Notes under the pieces: generated by a model | What the model saw: the letters and a program-made list of their open reading frames with translations, nothing else | Databases searched by the model: none | Told to the model about the DNA's origin: nothing | Position numbers and translations under genes: made by a program | Shown here: positions 1 through 9,384 of the stretch, piece by piece | Layout: each line of letters starts with the position of its first letter | Numbering within the stretch: position 1 is the first letter of the stretch | Assembly: GCA_934203205.1 (NCBI GenBank) | Contig: CAKPYV010000005.1 | Coordinates: 2,018-66,017, forward strand | Reading direction: 5' to 3' | DNA length: 64,000 nucleotides | DNA from: an uncultured Anaerovibrio sp. | Lineage (GTDB): Bacteria; Bacillota; Negativicutes; Selenomonadales; Selenomonadaceae

Positions 1-33
1 ATTCGCAGGGATGACATACAGTAAATCTTCCAT
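1..33 (-). CDS. 5' end of an unidentified CDS leaving the window (MEDLLYVIPAN...)
   Basis: ATG at 33 with GGTGG Shine-Dalgarno 7 nt upstream on the minus strand; only 11 codons are visible. Confidence 0.3.
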   Translation of the reverse strand, partial: MEDLLYVIPAN

Positions 34-76
34 TTTAAAACCACCTTTTCATTATTATCTTTGACTAACTGTGGCA

Positions 77-128
77 ACAAAAATAGCCACACAGAAAAAA
101 GGTCTCAGACCATATATCTCTGTGTGGC
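77..128 (-). terminator. Rho-independent terminator downstream of the HlyD-family gene
   Basis: 10-bp stem GCCACACAGA (86-95) / TCTGTGTGGC (119-128), followed on the minus strand by TATTTTTGTTG. Confidence 0.6.
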
Positions 129-262
129 TTCATTGCCGTAGAATATTTAACTTACTTACATGAATTATATTAGCATATAAAATCTACTTTGACAAGGTAT
201 TTTACAAAGTTTTTTGTATACCAAATATTCAGCACTTAACCCCTCATAGTTTTAACACCCTA

Positions 263-1288
263 TCATCCTTTTTGCAAAAATCTAACTTCTGCAGACTGCC
301 CTACAGAAAATAGCTCCTTATTCTCCTGAGATATGGAAATCTTCACAATTGGCTTATTTTCCTCTACCTGCTGTCCCTCGGTATTGACCTGCTGCTCCTC
401 AGCTTTTGGTTCAATAATATCAATAACCAGCCCCTGATATCTTTCCCTATCTACATAATAATCAACAGCCTGTCCCAAACGGATTTTGTCCAACTGTTCC
501 TTTGTGGGATAAACCTCTATCCACATTTCATCAGAGCTGCCAATACTGGCTACAGCCTGCCCTGCCTGAACCTCAGTGCCTTGAGCAATATCTCCCAAAT
601 GAACCACACCATCCACAGGAGCCGTAATCTCTGTGGCAGCTCCAGCGCCCTTAGCCTTGTCCAAAGCAGCCTGAGCCTGCTTTAACTGCAACTCTGCTTT
701 TTTTATGTTTTCCGGATTGGCTGCCTGTACGGTAGTATCATAGGTTACGGCAGACTGACTCTGGGCACTGGCTGCCGAAGCCGCTATAGACTGGTATTCA
801 GCTGCAGCCTGATCTCGCTTAACAGCACTAATGGCACCCATTTCATAAAGCTGATTCATGCGCTCCATACGGCTTCTAGCTCGTTCCACTTCTGCACTGG
901 AAGCCCCACTGGCTGGCTGGCTTACAATTCTAGGCGTTTGTACAGTAACACCTTTTTTCACCTGCTCCAGATTTCGCTGGGACAGTTCTACAGTCTGTTG
1001 CAGCTGTTTAAGCTGCTCATCTGTTACATTTACCTTCACAGTGGCAATCACATCCCCAGCCTTAACCACATCTCCATCCTGTACCAAAATCTGATCCACA
1101 GTACCTGTTACCCTGGCCTTGGCATCTACCATATCACTTGCCACCTGAGCATCTCGTACAGTCATATCTCCCTTGCCATACATGGTATACCACACCAAAC
1201 TTGACACAACAACTGCCAAGATAATCAATGAGGGAATACCCCAGATTATCAGGCCCTTTATTTTTCTGCTAATATCCTTTTCAGCCAA
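263..1288 (-). CDS. HlyD-family efflux/secretion membrane-fusion (periplasmic adaptor) protein
   Basis: N-terminal TM anchor, lipoyl-like hairpin motif (ARVTGTVDQILVQDGDVVKAGDVIATV ... ITAPVDGVV) and long coiled-coil segments. TTG start preceded by AAGGAAAGG. Confidence 0.85.
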   Translation of the reverse strand: MAEKDISRKIKGLIIWGIPSLIILAVVVSSLVWYTMYGKGDMTVRDAQVASDMVDAKARVTGTVDQILVQDGDVVKAGDVIATVKVNVTDEQLKQLQQTVELSQRNLEQVKKGVTVQTPRIVSQPASGASSAEVERARSRMERMNQLYEMGAISAVKRDQAAAEYQSIAASAASAQSQSAVTYDTTVQAANPENIKKAELQLKQAQAALDKAKGAGAATEITAPVDGVVHLGDIAQGTEVQAGQAVASIGSSDEMWIEVYPTKEQLDKIRLGQAVDYYVDRERYQGLVIDIIEPKAEEQQVNTEGQQVEENKPIVKISISQENKELFSVGQSAEVRFLQKG

Positions 1289-1373
1289 ATTAATTCCTGC
1301 CTTTCCTTAGAACTACAGGGTTGTAAATCATCCCTGTAAAGGGTAATTATAAGCCTCTAATGTGAAAAATTCA

Positions 1374-1405
1374 AGAAAAAAGTGACCGCCACAAGGACAG
1401 TCACT
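1374..1405 (-). terminator. Probable terminator of the secreted repeat-protein gene
   Basis: AGTGAC (1381-1386) / GTCACT (1400-1405) stem with a 13-nt loop, followed by a T6 run on the minus strand. Confidence 0.5.
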
Positions 1406-1452
1406 TATATCTTTATCCCACTCACCCAGCAAAAATCTGAATACTATAAGGA

Positions 1453-2223
1453 TTAGTTGTTAGGGCAATCTTCTCTTCTAGGGCAATCATTAGGCGGATA
1501 GGTAAAACCTGGGTCCAGCTCTTCATCTGGATTGTTCCACCCCTGGCCATGATGTGGTCTGTTATGCCCATGATGTCTGCCATAGCCAATTCCCCGATCA
1601 CTACCTGGTCTCTGAGGCACAATTGTAGAAAAATCTACCCCCAGCTCCTTGGCTACATCAGCCCATCTATTGTTAATCTTCTTCATATCTATAACAGCAT
1701 GAATATCCTTGCCAGAAGCATCCGCCAGCTCAGCCGCTATACCAATATCCCTGCTGGTATAACCCTCCTGCAGCAGCTGCATAGCAGAAGCCGCATTAAT
1801 CTTGCTGTTGGCAGCTATACGTTCCGCCATCATGGAACGGCGCTCATTCAAAAGCTCCTCCCGAGTAACACCAAAGCTCTCTGCTACCTGCTGCCAGCTA
1901 TTACTATTGGTTTTGGCATTAACTACATCCGTAAAGGACTTACCGCTAAGCTTAGCAATATAAGCTGCATCACAAGCCTCATGGAAATAACCACCATTAT
2001 TGCAATAGCTGAGAATTTCATCTTTGCTTACATTGCAATTGTCAGCCAGTTCCTGTGCCATAGTATTAATGTCATACCGTGGTGGCTGCTCCTGAGTAAC
2101 TACCGGCCGTGGCCTATTGCTACTAGAGGCTGCATTGGCAGTATCCAGCAGCATGGTAGAACCTGTTACAATAATGGCACCAGCAGCCAATCCTACAAAG
2201 ATCTTTTTATAAAAATTTTTCAT
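1453..2223 (-). CDS. Secreted hypothetical protein with two internal repeats and a His/Gly/Pro-rich C-terminal tail
   Basis: Start moved to the ATG at 2223 (AAGGAG 9 nt upstream). Signal peptide ends ANA-A. Repeat LSGKSFTDVVNAKTNSNSWQQVAESFGV matches ASGKDIHAVIDMKKINNRWADVAKELGV. Tail is GYGRHHGHNRPHHGQGW...CPRREDCPNN. Confidence 0.6.
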   Translation of the reverse strand: MKNFYKKIFVGLAAGAIIVTGSTMLLDTANAASSSNRPRPVVTQEQPPRYDINTMAQELADNCNVSKDEILSYCNNGGYFHEACDAAYIAKLSGKSFTDVVNAKTNSNSWQQVAESFGVTREELLNERRSMMAERIAANSKINAASAMQLLQEGYTSRDIGIAAELADASGKDIHAVIDMKKINNRWADVAKELGVDFSTIVPQRPGSDRGIGYGRHHGHNRPHHGQGWNNPDEELDPGFTYPPNDCPRREDCPNN

Positions 2224-2337
2224 ATCCAACATCTCCTTTACTATGTCCTATATCCTTGTGGATATTTTATTCACCATACATAGTATATGCTGGCAGTCTT
2301 AAAAAATCCTGAATGTTTCATTAAAATCAGATTAGAA

Positions 2338-3333
2338 TTATCCTACATCAAAGCAGGAACCCCCAATAAATTCCCGCAAAATAGATGTATTAGGAATATC
2401 CTTTTCATCCATAATAGCCTTGAAATACCGACAGAATGCCAACAGCTCCTCTGCCCTGCCATAAACATCGTCCTCTGGTGGTATCTCAGATAGCATGTAC
2501 ATAGCATATTTTTTTAATACAGCCAACTCGTAAAGCAAGGCAGAATTAAAGGTAGCATCCACCTCATCCTGGAATGGATAGATATTTTTCTGCTCACCCT
2601 CTAGAACCGTTGGCCATCTGCGAATGGTTTCCGCTGCTGATGTGCCTCTGGTGCGATAATCCCGCACAATACGACGGAACAATCTGGCCTGAGTAGTAGA
2701 TAAACGAACCTCCTCATTCATGTACAAAGGTGTCAAGGAGCTAACATAGATTTTAAACTTTTCCTCTCTAGGAATACTGCTGCTTACCCTGTCATTTAGG
2801 CCATGAATCCCCTCAATAATGATAGGCTGATTAGACTTGAGCTGAATCACCGCCGATGGCTTGCTATCTCGAATACCCTTTTTGAAATTAAACTTCGGTA
2901 TGCGCACCAACTCCCCTGCCAACAGCTTTTGCAGATCATGATTGAACTGAGGCAAATCTATGGCCCCTAAACATTCAAAATCATATTCTCCATTTGGCTT
3001 CTTTGGGGTATCCTCCCGATTGTGGAAATAATCATCCATAGAAATTGAAACAGGTTCCAAGCCCATAACTCTCAGCTGTACCCGAAGCCGCTGAGCAAAG
3101 CTGGTTTTGCCAGAGGAGCTAGGGCCAGCTATCAGCACCAACCGCCTGGTGGCAATCTTTCTGGCAATCTCATCGGCAATATTGGCAATACGCTTTTCGT
3201 GAAGAGCCTCCGAAACTCTAATCAACTCCCCAATATTTCCGTTTTCCACAATTTCATTCAAATCCGTTACATATGAACAATGCAAAATTCTAGCCCATTC
3301 CTGACTTGCTTCTAATGTTTTCTGAAATGACAT
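2338..3333 (-). CDS. Uridine kinase/phosphoribulokinase-family nucleoside kinase-like P-loop protein
   Basis: Walker A motif GPSSSGKTS, followed by conserved segments typical of the long Firmicute nucleoside kinase family (IIEGIHGLN, RRIVRDYRTRG). GGGGTGA RBS. Confidence 0.7.
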   Translation of the reverse strand: MSFQKTLEASQEWARILHCSYVTDLNEIVENGNIGELIRVSEALHEKRIANIADEIARKIATRRLVLIAGPSSSGKTSFAQRLRVQLRVMGLEPVSISMDDYFHNREDTPKKPNGEYDFECLGAIDLPQFNHDLQKLLAGELVRIPKFNFKKGIRDSKPSAVIQLKSNQPIIIEGIHGLNDRVSSSIPREEKFKIYVSSLTPLYMNEEVRLSTTQARLFRRIVRDYRTRGTSAAETIRRWPTVLEGEQKNIYPFQDEVDATFNSALLYELAVLKKYAMYMLSEIPPEDDVYGRAEELLAFCRYFKAIMDEKDIPNTSILREFIGGSCFDVG

Positions 3334-3400
3334 ATTCTCACCCCTATTTTTATTTTATTTCCTAATCTCTATAATACGACACAAATCTGAAAAAACCTGC

Positions 3401-3426
3401 AAAAAAAAGGAGAGTTCCCACTCTCC
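3401..3426 (-). terminator. Terminator of the pit gene
   Basis: GGAGAG (3409-3414) / CTCTCC (3421-3426) stem followed by a T8 run on the minus strand. Confidence 0.6.
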
Positions 3427-3444
3427 TAGAAAAGTTTATTTGAT

Positions 3445-4440
3445 TTACCCAAAAAGGGCCATTACAGCCAAATAAGAAAGTGCACCCATAATCGCGGTAC
3501 ATGGTATGGTAAATACCCAGGCCATAACCATTTGCTGAGCTACGCCCCAACGCACGGCGTGAATACGCTTGGCTGCACCAACACCCATAATAGAGCCTGA
3601 TACTACATGGGTAGTACTAACAGGCAGATGCAACATGGTAGCTGTAAAAATTGTGATGGAAGAATTTAAATCCGCTGCAAAGCCATTTACAGGCTCCAGC
3701 TTGAAAATCTTACCACCCACAGTCTTAATAATGCTCCAACCACCCATGGAAGTACCTAAAGCCATAGCAGTAGCAGCTAAAATCTTAACAATGGTTGGCA
3801 CCTCAAACTCAGAGATTACACCACTGGAAAACAGGGCCAAGGTAATAATACCCATGGATTTCTGAGCATCATTGGAACCATGAGAAAAAGCCATAGTAGC
3901 CGCAGTTATAATCTGCATTTTCTTAAAGCGATGATTCAGCTTGGATGGGCTGGAATTGGCAAATATTCTAAACAGTATGGTCATAATAATATAGCCCATT
4001 ACCATACCAATCAAAGGAGAGGTTACCAGAGCGATAACAATCTTGCCAATACCAGCAAAATTCAATCCTGCCATACCCATATCGGACATGAGCACACCGC
4101 CAATCATACCACCTACAAGGGCATGAGAGGAAGAGCTAGGCAAGCCAATCTTCCATGTCAAAAGATTCCATATGATGGCACCCATCAGAGAAGCAATAAT
4201 AATAGGTTCCTCAATGGTTCCTACTACAATATCTCCACCAATGGTCTTGGCTACACCGGTACTAATCATAGCTCCCAGGAAGTTCAGCACTGCCGCCATA
4301 ATAATGGCCTTACTAGGCGATATAGCTCTAGTGGATACAGAGGTAGCAATAGCATTGGCTGTATCGTGGAAGCCGTTGATAAAATCAAATATCAAGGCCA
4401 GCACCACTACAATAATTATAAAAGGATGAATATCAAGCAT
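3445..4440 (-). CDS. pit: Inorganic phosphate transporter, PiT family
   Basis: N-terminal signature FDFINGFHDTANAIATSV, a second GSNDAQK motif, and multiple TM segments. Confidence 0.92.
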   Translation of the reverse strand: MLDIHPFIIIVVVLALIFDFINGFHDTANAIATSVSTRAISPSKAIIMAAVLNFLGAMISTGVAKTIGGDIVVGTIEEPIIIASLMGAIIWNLLTWKIGLPSSSSHALVGGMIGGVLMSDMGMAGLNFAGIGKIVIALVTSPLIGMVMGYIIMTILFRIFANSSPSKLNHRFKKMQIITAATMAFSHGSNDAQKSMGIITLALFSSGVISEFEVPTIVKILAATAMALGTSMGGWSIIKTVGGKIFKLEPVNGFAADLNSSITIFTATMLHLPVSTTHVVSGSIMGVGAAKRIHAVRWGVAQQMVMAWVFTIPCTAIMGALSYLAVMALFG

Positions 4441-5068
4441 ACTTCATTACCACACCTTTTAACAAATCTGCCATTTTTTCACAGTGATCCAGAGTATCCT
4501 CTAATCCCTCCAAAAGGTCCTTCCATTTTATCAACTCAATAGGGTCCTTGAAATTCTCAAAGAGATAAGCCAGTTCGCCGCGGAATACATGGTCTCCCTC
4601 GCTCTCCAGCTTGTCAATACGAGAAGTAATCTTCAGAAGCTCCTCCTGATTTTTGGTAATGGCATGCAAAAGTGTAGTAGCTCGTTTTATCTCAGCTGTA
4701 GATTCAATTAACAGCTTGGTAAGACGCAACGCTCCTTCTCTAGCTGCTTCACTGGTGTGATAGATAACAATGCGCTGTAGCATTCCCTGCAACTGATCTA
4801 CACCATCATCCATGCCATTGGCAATAGCATAGATATCCTCACGGTCAATAGGAGTAATAAAGGTCTGATTCAACTTGTCAATAATGGCATCATTTACCTT
4901 ATCGGCCTGATGCTCCAGATCATTAATCTCCTTCACCTTGATGTCCGCCTTGCGGTGATCCATCATAACTTCATCCAGCAACAAAGCACCCTGATAAAAA
5001 TAATCAGCACTGGTTTCAAACAGCTCAAAGAACTCATTGCTCTTTTTTTTCGGTTTAAAATCAAACAT
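4433..5068 (-). CDS. DUF47 (PhoU-like) protein paired with Pit
   Basis: All-helical 211-aa protein whose stop overlaps the pit start by 8 nt. This is the standard DUF47-PiT gene pair. Confidence 0.8.
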   Translation of the reverse strand: MFDFKPKKKSNEFFELFETSADYFYQGALLLDEVMMDHRKADIKVKEINDLEHQADKVNDAIIDKLNQTFITPIDREDIYAIANGMDDGVDQLQGMLQRIVIYHTSEAAREGALRLTKLLIESTAEIKRATTLLHAITKNQEELLKITSRIDKLESEGDHVFRGELAYLFENFKDPIELIKWKDLLEGLEDTLDHCEKMADLLKGVVMKYA

Positions 5069-5166
5069 GTATATCCCCCTTTAAGGATAAATTATACTTA
5101 TTCCGTTACTATTTTATCATTAATCCCTTGCCTGCGCAATAAAAAACAACTCATCACAAAATTAAA

Positions 5167-5215
5167 ACACTACTATTCACAAATTATTTTAATGAATAGT
5201 AGTGTTTTTTTATAC
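5167..5215. terminator. Bidirectional-looking terminator downstream of the aminotransferase gene
   Basis: 13-bp perfect stem ACACTACTATTCA (5167-5179) / TGAATAGTAGTGT (5203-5215), flanked by A and T runs. Confidence 0.75.
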
Positions 5216-5231
5216 ATTTATGTGTTTTTTA

Positions 5232-6473
5232 TCAGCCTTCTACAGCCTTTAATGCTTTCAGCACCTTGGCAGCCATGCCGTACATCTTTTTCTTTGGTAC
5301 GGAGCATACTGCAATGCGGACGCCAGCCTTCAATGGTACTGCGAAAATCAGATCCTTGTGGAGTTCATCGCATACAGCCTTGGAGTCCTTTGCAGGAATA
5401 GACAGGAAGAAACCAGCCTTGTATGGCAGTGCATTCAGACCACATTCCTTGGCCTCTTTCATAAAGATAGCGGCGCGGTCACGAATAATCTCATAGAGAT
5501 CATCTCTTTCCTTTTCAAAGGCAGCCAGCAGCTCTGGATCCTGCTGAATGTTGCTCAGCACAGCCATGGCACCACGGTTGATATTGGACCAGGTTGCACG
5601 GCTGGAATACTTGGTTACATTAACGAACTCGTCCACCAGCTCCTTGTTGGCAGACAAACCGATAATAGCACCAGTACGCTGACCATACATGGTATAGCCC
5701 TTGGACATGGAGAAAGCGAACATGGTGAAGATATTCTCTGGCAGGTTGCTGAATTTCTTCATAAAGCGACGGCTCTCGTTCTTCTCACCTGCGTAGTCAA
5801 TATAGGCAATATCCACCATAATATTAACCTTCTTGCCCTGAGCTGCATATTTGTTGCACAGCTCCAGTACACCATCCCAATCTGCCTCAGACAGGCTGTA
5901 GCCAGTAGGATTGTGAGCAGGAGTGTTGATAATCAACAGCAGGGAATCCTGCTTGGTCAAAAGTTCCTCCATCTTCTCTGCCAAGGAAGCCAAATTGTAG
6001 TTCTGGTTCTCGTCAAAGAGCTTGTAGGTAGCTAGGCTGCGGCCCTGCTCCTGGCACAGTACATTGTAGGTACCCCAGAACCAGTCAGAGGTCAATACCT
6101 GATCGCCAATCTCAGAATAGTTCACAATAGCGTGATGAATCGCACCAGTACCACCTGCAGTAGCTACAGCTGCCAGATAGCCCTCTGGCTTGTTGTCAGC
6201 AAAGGTCAGGTCAATAACGGTATTCAGATAAGCTGGCAAACCAGCAATTGGTGCATAAGCAATAGCATCAGCAATAGGCAGATTGTGGAAAACCTTTTCC
6301 ATAGTAGGAATGCAGGCCAGCTTCTCATCCTCGCCCATAATAGCACCAATGGTAGCATTGGTAACAGCCTCAGCACCATGCTCCTTGATAGCCTCACCGC
6401 AAGCAGCGCTGGCACCAAAGATAACATCAACAAGCTTCTTACCTACACGGTTTGTTGCAACCTGAGAACTCAT
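5232..6473 (-). CDS. Class I PLP-dependent aminotransferase (aspartate/aromatic amino acid type)
   Basis: AAT-like fold signatures NPTGYS and SKGYTMYGQRTGA (PLP lysine context); 413 aa. Confidence 0.8.
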   Translation of the reverse strand: MSSQVATNRVGKKLVDVIFGASAACGEAIKEHGAEAVTNATIGAIMGEDEKLACIPTMEKVFHNLPIADAIAYAPIAGLPAYLNTVIDLTFADNKPEGYLAAVATAGGTGAIHHAIVNYSEIGDQVLTSDWFWGTYNVLCQEQGRSLATYKLFDENQNYNLASLAEKMEELLTKQDSLLLIINTPAHNPTGYSLSEADWDGVLELCNKYAAQGKKVNIMVDIAYIDYAGEKNESRRFMKKFSNLPENIFTMFAFSMSKGYTMYGQRTGAIIGLSANKELVDEFVNVTKYSSRATWSNINRGAMAVLSNIQQDPELLAAFEKERDDLYEIIRDRAAIFMKEAKECGLNALPYKAGFFLSIPAKDSKAVCDELHKDLIFAVPLKAGVRIAVCSVPKKKMYGMAAKVLKALKAVEG

Positions 6474-6531
6474 ATATATTGCCTCCTATATATTAGATAT
6501 ATCAAAATTTCATAACAAATCAAAACCTACA

Positions 6532-6575
6532 AACAGCAGGCACCCAAAACACAAGGCCTTGGCAAACCTGCTGTT
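6532..6575. terminator. Hairpin downstream of lysC (possible terminator)
   Basis: AACAGCAGG (6532-6540) / CCTGCTGTT (6567-6575) stem with a 26-nt loop. The T run is weak on the minus strand and stronger on the plus strand. Confidence 0.4.
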
Positions 6576-6598
6576 TTTATAACTATTTCAATGCAGAA

Positions 6599-7828
6599 TT
6601 ACTTCTCTGGGAAGAACTCCTTATGAATTGCATTGGCAGCTTCCTTCAGCTGGGAGCCCTTAATCAGGCAGGAAATACTGATTTCAGAGGTGCTGATAGC
6701 ATCAATATTTACCTTGGCATCAGCCAGAGCGCCAAACATTCTGGTAGCAATACCAGGGTTGCCCAGCATACCTGCACCAACGATGGAAACCTTAGCTACA
6801 TCCTCTTCAATGAGAACTGCTACAGCGTGAAGCTTCTCAGCAACGCCATCCACAATCTTCTTAGCCTCTGCCAAATCATCCTGAGTAATAGTGAATACCA
6901 TATCAGTTACATTCTTTTCAATATTTCTGATACTCTGAACAATCATATCTACAGCAATATTCTTCTCGGACAAAGCGGAGAAAATAGCATGAGCTACACC
7001 TGGATCATTTGGAACACCCAGAACTGCTACCTTTGCTACATTGCTATCATGGGCTACGCCACGAATTAAGAAATCCTTCTCTTCCATTGTATATGCCTCC
7101 CTAATCATAGTGCCTGGTTTGTTGGTAAAGGTTGAACGAACGTGGATTGGAATGTTGAAATACATACCCATCTCTACAGAGCGAGGCTGCATAACCCCAG
7201 CTCCCAGACGAGCCATCTCCAGCATTTCATCGTAGGTAATCTCCTTCATCTTGCGAGCATCAGGTACCAGACGAGGATCAGCAGAATATACACCGTCAAC
7301 ATCTGTATAGATTTCGCAGGCATCAGCCTTCAATGCACCAGCTAATGCAACAGCAGAGGTATCGGAACCACCACGGCCCAGAGTTACAGGATCGCCCTTT
7401 TCATCGGCGCCCTGGAAACCTGCAACAACAACGATCTTGCCTTTCTCCAGCTCCTTGCGGACACGGGATGGCTTAATATCTACAATCTTGCCCTTGGTAT
7501 GAACAGAATTGGTACGCATGCCTACCATAGGACCAGTCAGAGAAATAGCCTTCTGGCCCAGGCTCTTGAAAGCCATTGTCAGCAGGGAAATAGAAACCTG
7601 TTCACCAGTGGTCAGCAGCATATCCATCTCTCTGGAGTACTGATAAGGATTGCTATTTATGCCCTTGGCCAGCTCAATCAGGTCATCTGTGGTATCACCC
7701 ATTGCAGATACAACCATAACAATCTGGTCACCAGGCTTTTTTTCTTCAATAATTCTCTTGGCTACATTCATAATCTTTTCAGTAGAGCCTACTGAACTAC
7801 CGCCAAACTTTTTAACAATTAAAGCCAT
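6599..7828 (-). CDS. lysC: Aspartate kinase
   Basis: KFGGSS N-terminal motif, amino acid kinase fold and two C-terminal ACT-like regions; 409 aa. Confidence 0.95.
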   Translation of the reverse strand: MALIVKKFGGSSVGSTEKIMNVAKRIIEEKKPGDQIVMVVSAMGDTTDDLIELAKGINSNPYQYSREMDMLLTTGEQVSISLLTMAFKSLGQKAISLTGPMVGMRTNSVHTKGKIVDIKPSRVRKELEKGKIVVVAGFQGADEKGDPVTLGRGGSDTSAVALAGALKADACEIYTDVDGVYSADPRLVPDARKMKEITYDEMLEMARLGAGVMQPRSVEMGMYFNIPIHVRSTFTNKPGTMIREAYTMEEKDFLIRGVAHDSNVAKVAVLGVPNDPGVAHAIFSALSEKNIAVDMIVQSIRNIEKNVTDMVFTITQDDLAEAKKIVDGVAEKLHAVAVLIEEDVAKVSIVGAGMLGNPGIATRMFGALADAKVNIDAISTSEISISCLIKGSQLKEAANAIHKEFFPEK

Positions 7829-7960
7829 GTCTCTCCCCCTAAAATAGGTTTATTAGCCTGAATACGTTTCAAACGAGTTATATTATAATATAAAAAAAAT
7901 CATTCGTCTACCCCAAAAACACACTTTTTAACATTTTACCGTATGTATACATGAATACAT

Positions 7961-8455
7961 TTACAAATTATTCCGAAATGTAAAGCTATTCATCATATGG
8001 GAAGTACAAATGGCCACTGCCAATGCATCCGCCACATCATCAGGCTTAGGTGGCTTGGGCAAATTCAGAATCTTGGTTACCATATAGATAACCTGCTCCT
8101 TGGTGGCCTTGCCATAGCCTGTTACGGACTGTTTAACCTGCAAAGGTGTTCTCTCTATAAGACGGAGATTGTTCTTGGCTGCTGTTAGCAGAATAACTCC
8201 TCTGGCCTGACCTACAGGAATAGCCGTATCCACATTGCGGTTAAAAAATAACTGCTCCACCCCCATAGCATCTGGCTGATACTTCTTTATCAGCTCATCC
8301 AGACCGTCGTATATCTTCATCAGTCTATCCTGCATAGGCGCCTTGGGGCTGGTGATAATAGCGCCATATTCATGGGCTATCAGCCTGCTGCCTCTAGCCT
8401 CTACAAAGCCATAACCGCAAATTGCCGTGCCAGGATCTATGCCCAATGCCAACAT
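7961..8455 (-). CDS. ruvC: Crossover junction endodeoxyribonuclease RuvC
   Basis: MLALGIDPGT catalytic N-terminus. Start set to the ATG at 8455 (GAGGTG 9 nt upstream); the track start at 8467 is a GTG. Confidence 0.9.
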   Translation of the reverse strand: MLALGIDPGTAICGYGFVEARGSRLIAHEYGAIITSPKAPMQDRLMKIYDGLDELIKKYQPDAMGVEQLFFNRNVDTAIPVGQARGVILLTAAKNNLRLIERTPLQVKQSVTGYGKATKEQVIYMVTKILNLPKPPKPDDVADALAVAICTSHMMNSFTFRNNL

Positions 8456-8472
8456 ATCTAAATTCACCTCGC

Positions 8473-8508
8473 AAAAAAGGAGCCGTCACATTATACCAAT
8501 GTGACAGC
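8473..8508 (-). terminator. Terminator of yebC
   Basis: GTCACATT (8485-8492) / AATGTGAC (8498-8505) stem followed by CCTTTTTT on the minus strand. Confidence 0.6.
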
Positions 8509-8524
8509 CCCCATAAATCAAATT

Positions 8525-9259
8525 TTACTCTTCCTCGTCCATTTCGTAGTTGCCGTATACTTCCTGAACATCATCGTTTTCCTCGAGAGCATCCAGCATC
8601 TTCTGCATCTTTACAGCAGCATCACCCTCAACCTTAACGGTGTTATCAGGAACCATAGTAACCTCTGCGGAAACGGTCTCAATGCCCTTTTCGCCCAGAG
8701 CCTTTTCAATATCATCAAATGCTTCTGGATCTGCAATGATTTCGAATACATCATCCTCATTCTTCAGATCCTCAGCGCCAGCCTCCAGTACCAGCTCCAT
8801 CAGGGCATCTTCGTCATCAAAGGTTTCCTTCTCTACAACGAAAACGGCTCTCTTCTGGAACATCCAGCCTACACAGCCAGTCTCGCCCAGATTACCGCCA
8901 TGCTTGGAGAAGATGTGACGAATATCTGCTGCAGTACGATTGCGGTTATCAGTAAGAATATCCAGCATAATAGCTGTGCCGCCAGGACCATAACCCTCAT
9001 AGGTCAGCTCCTCATAATTGCTGCCATCAGATGCACCCAGGCCCTTCTGGATAGCACGATTGATATTGTCCTTTGGAATATTGTTGGACTTGGCCTTGCT
9101 GAGAGCCAGCTTCAAACGCATATTACCGGTAGGATCTGCACCGCCCATACGAACAGCAATGGTAATCTCACGACCGATTTTGGTGGTAATCTTGCCACGG
9201 ATTGCGTCATTTGCGCCTTTTTTTCTCTTAATATTTGCCCACTTAGAATGTCCTGACAT
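8525..9259 (-). CDS. yebC: YebC/PmpR-family DNA-binding transcriptional regulator
   Basis: Canonical start MSGHSKWANIKRKK at the ATG at 9259. The longer track ORF runs through the tyrS terminator hairpin. Confidence 0.93.
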   Translation of the reverse strand: MSGHSKWANIKRKKGANDAIRGKITTKIGREITIAVRMGGADPTGNMRLKLALSKAKSNNIPKDNINRAIQKGLGASDGSNYEELTYEGYGPGGTAIMLDILTDNRNRTAADIRHIFSKHGGNLGETGCVGWMFQKRAVFVVEKETFDDEDALMELVLEAGAEDLKNEDDVFEIIADPEAFDDIEKALGEKGIETVSAEVTMVPDNTVKVEGDAAVKMQKMLDALEENDDVQEVYGNYEMDEEE

Positions 9260-9304
9260 GTATATTACTCCTTTGTTTATTGTATAGCCTGTCCATAGGA
9301 CAGA

Positions 9305-9334
9305 TAAAAAGCTGTTAATCAGCATATTAACAGC
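9305..9334 (-). terminator. Terminator of tyrS
   Basis: GCTGTTAAT (9311-9319) / ATTAACAGC (9326-9334) stem followed by TTTTTATC on the minus strand. Confidence 0.7.
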
Positions 9335-9384
9335 CTATGCCCCAAAGATCATGAACTGAAAATATGCCTTACAGCCATATAGCA

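Noticed and set aside
7829-7960. Possible lysine riboswitch upstream of lysC (dapA at 37093-37161 was also checked)
   Set aside because: The gaps are only 132 and 69 nt, with none of the L-box conserved helices or motifs I could recognise.
9260-9325. N-terminal extension of the yebC ORF (MLINSFLSVLWTGYTINKGVIY)
   Set aside because: The canonical YebC start MSGHSKWANIKRKK is at 9259. The extension runs through the tyrS terminator hairpin at 9311-9334.
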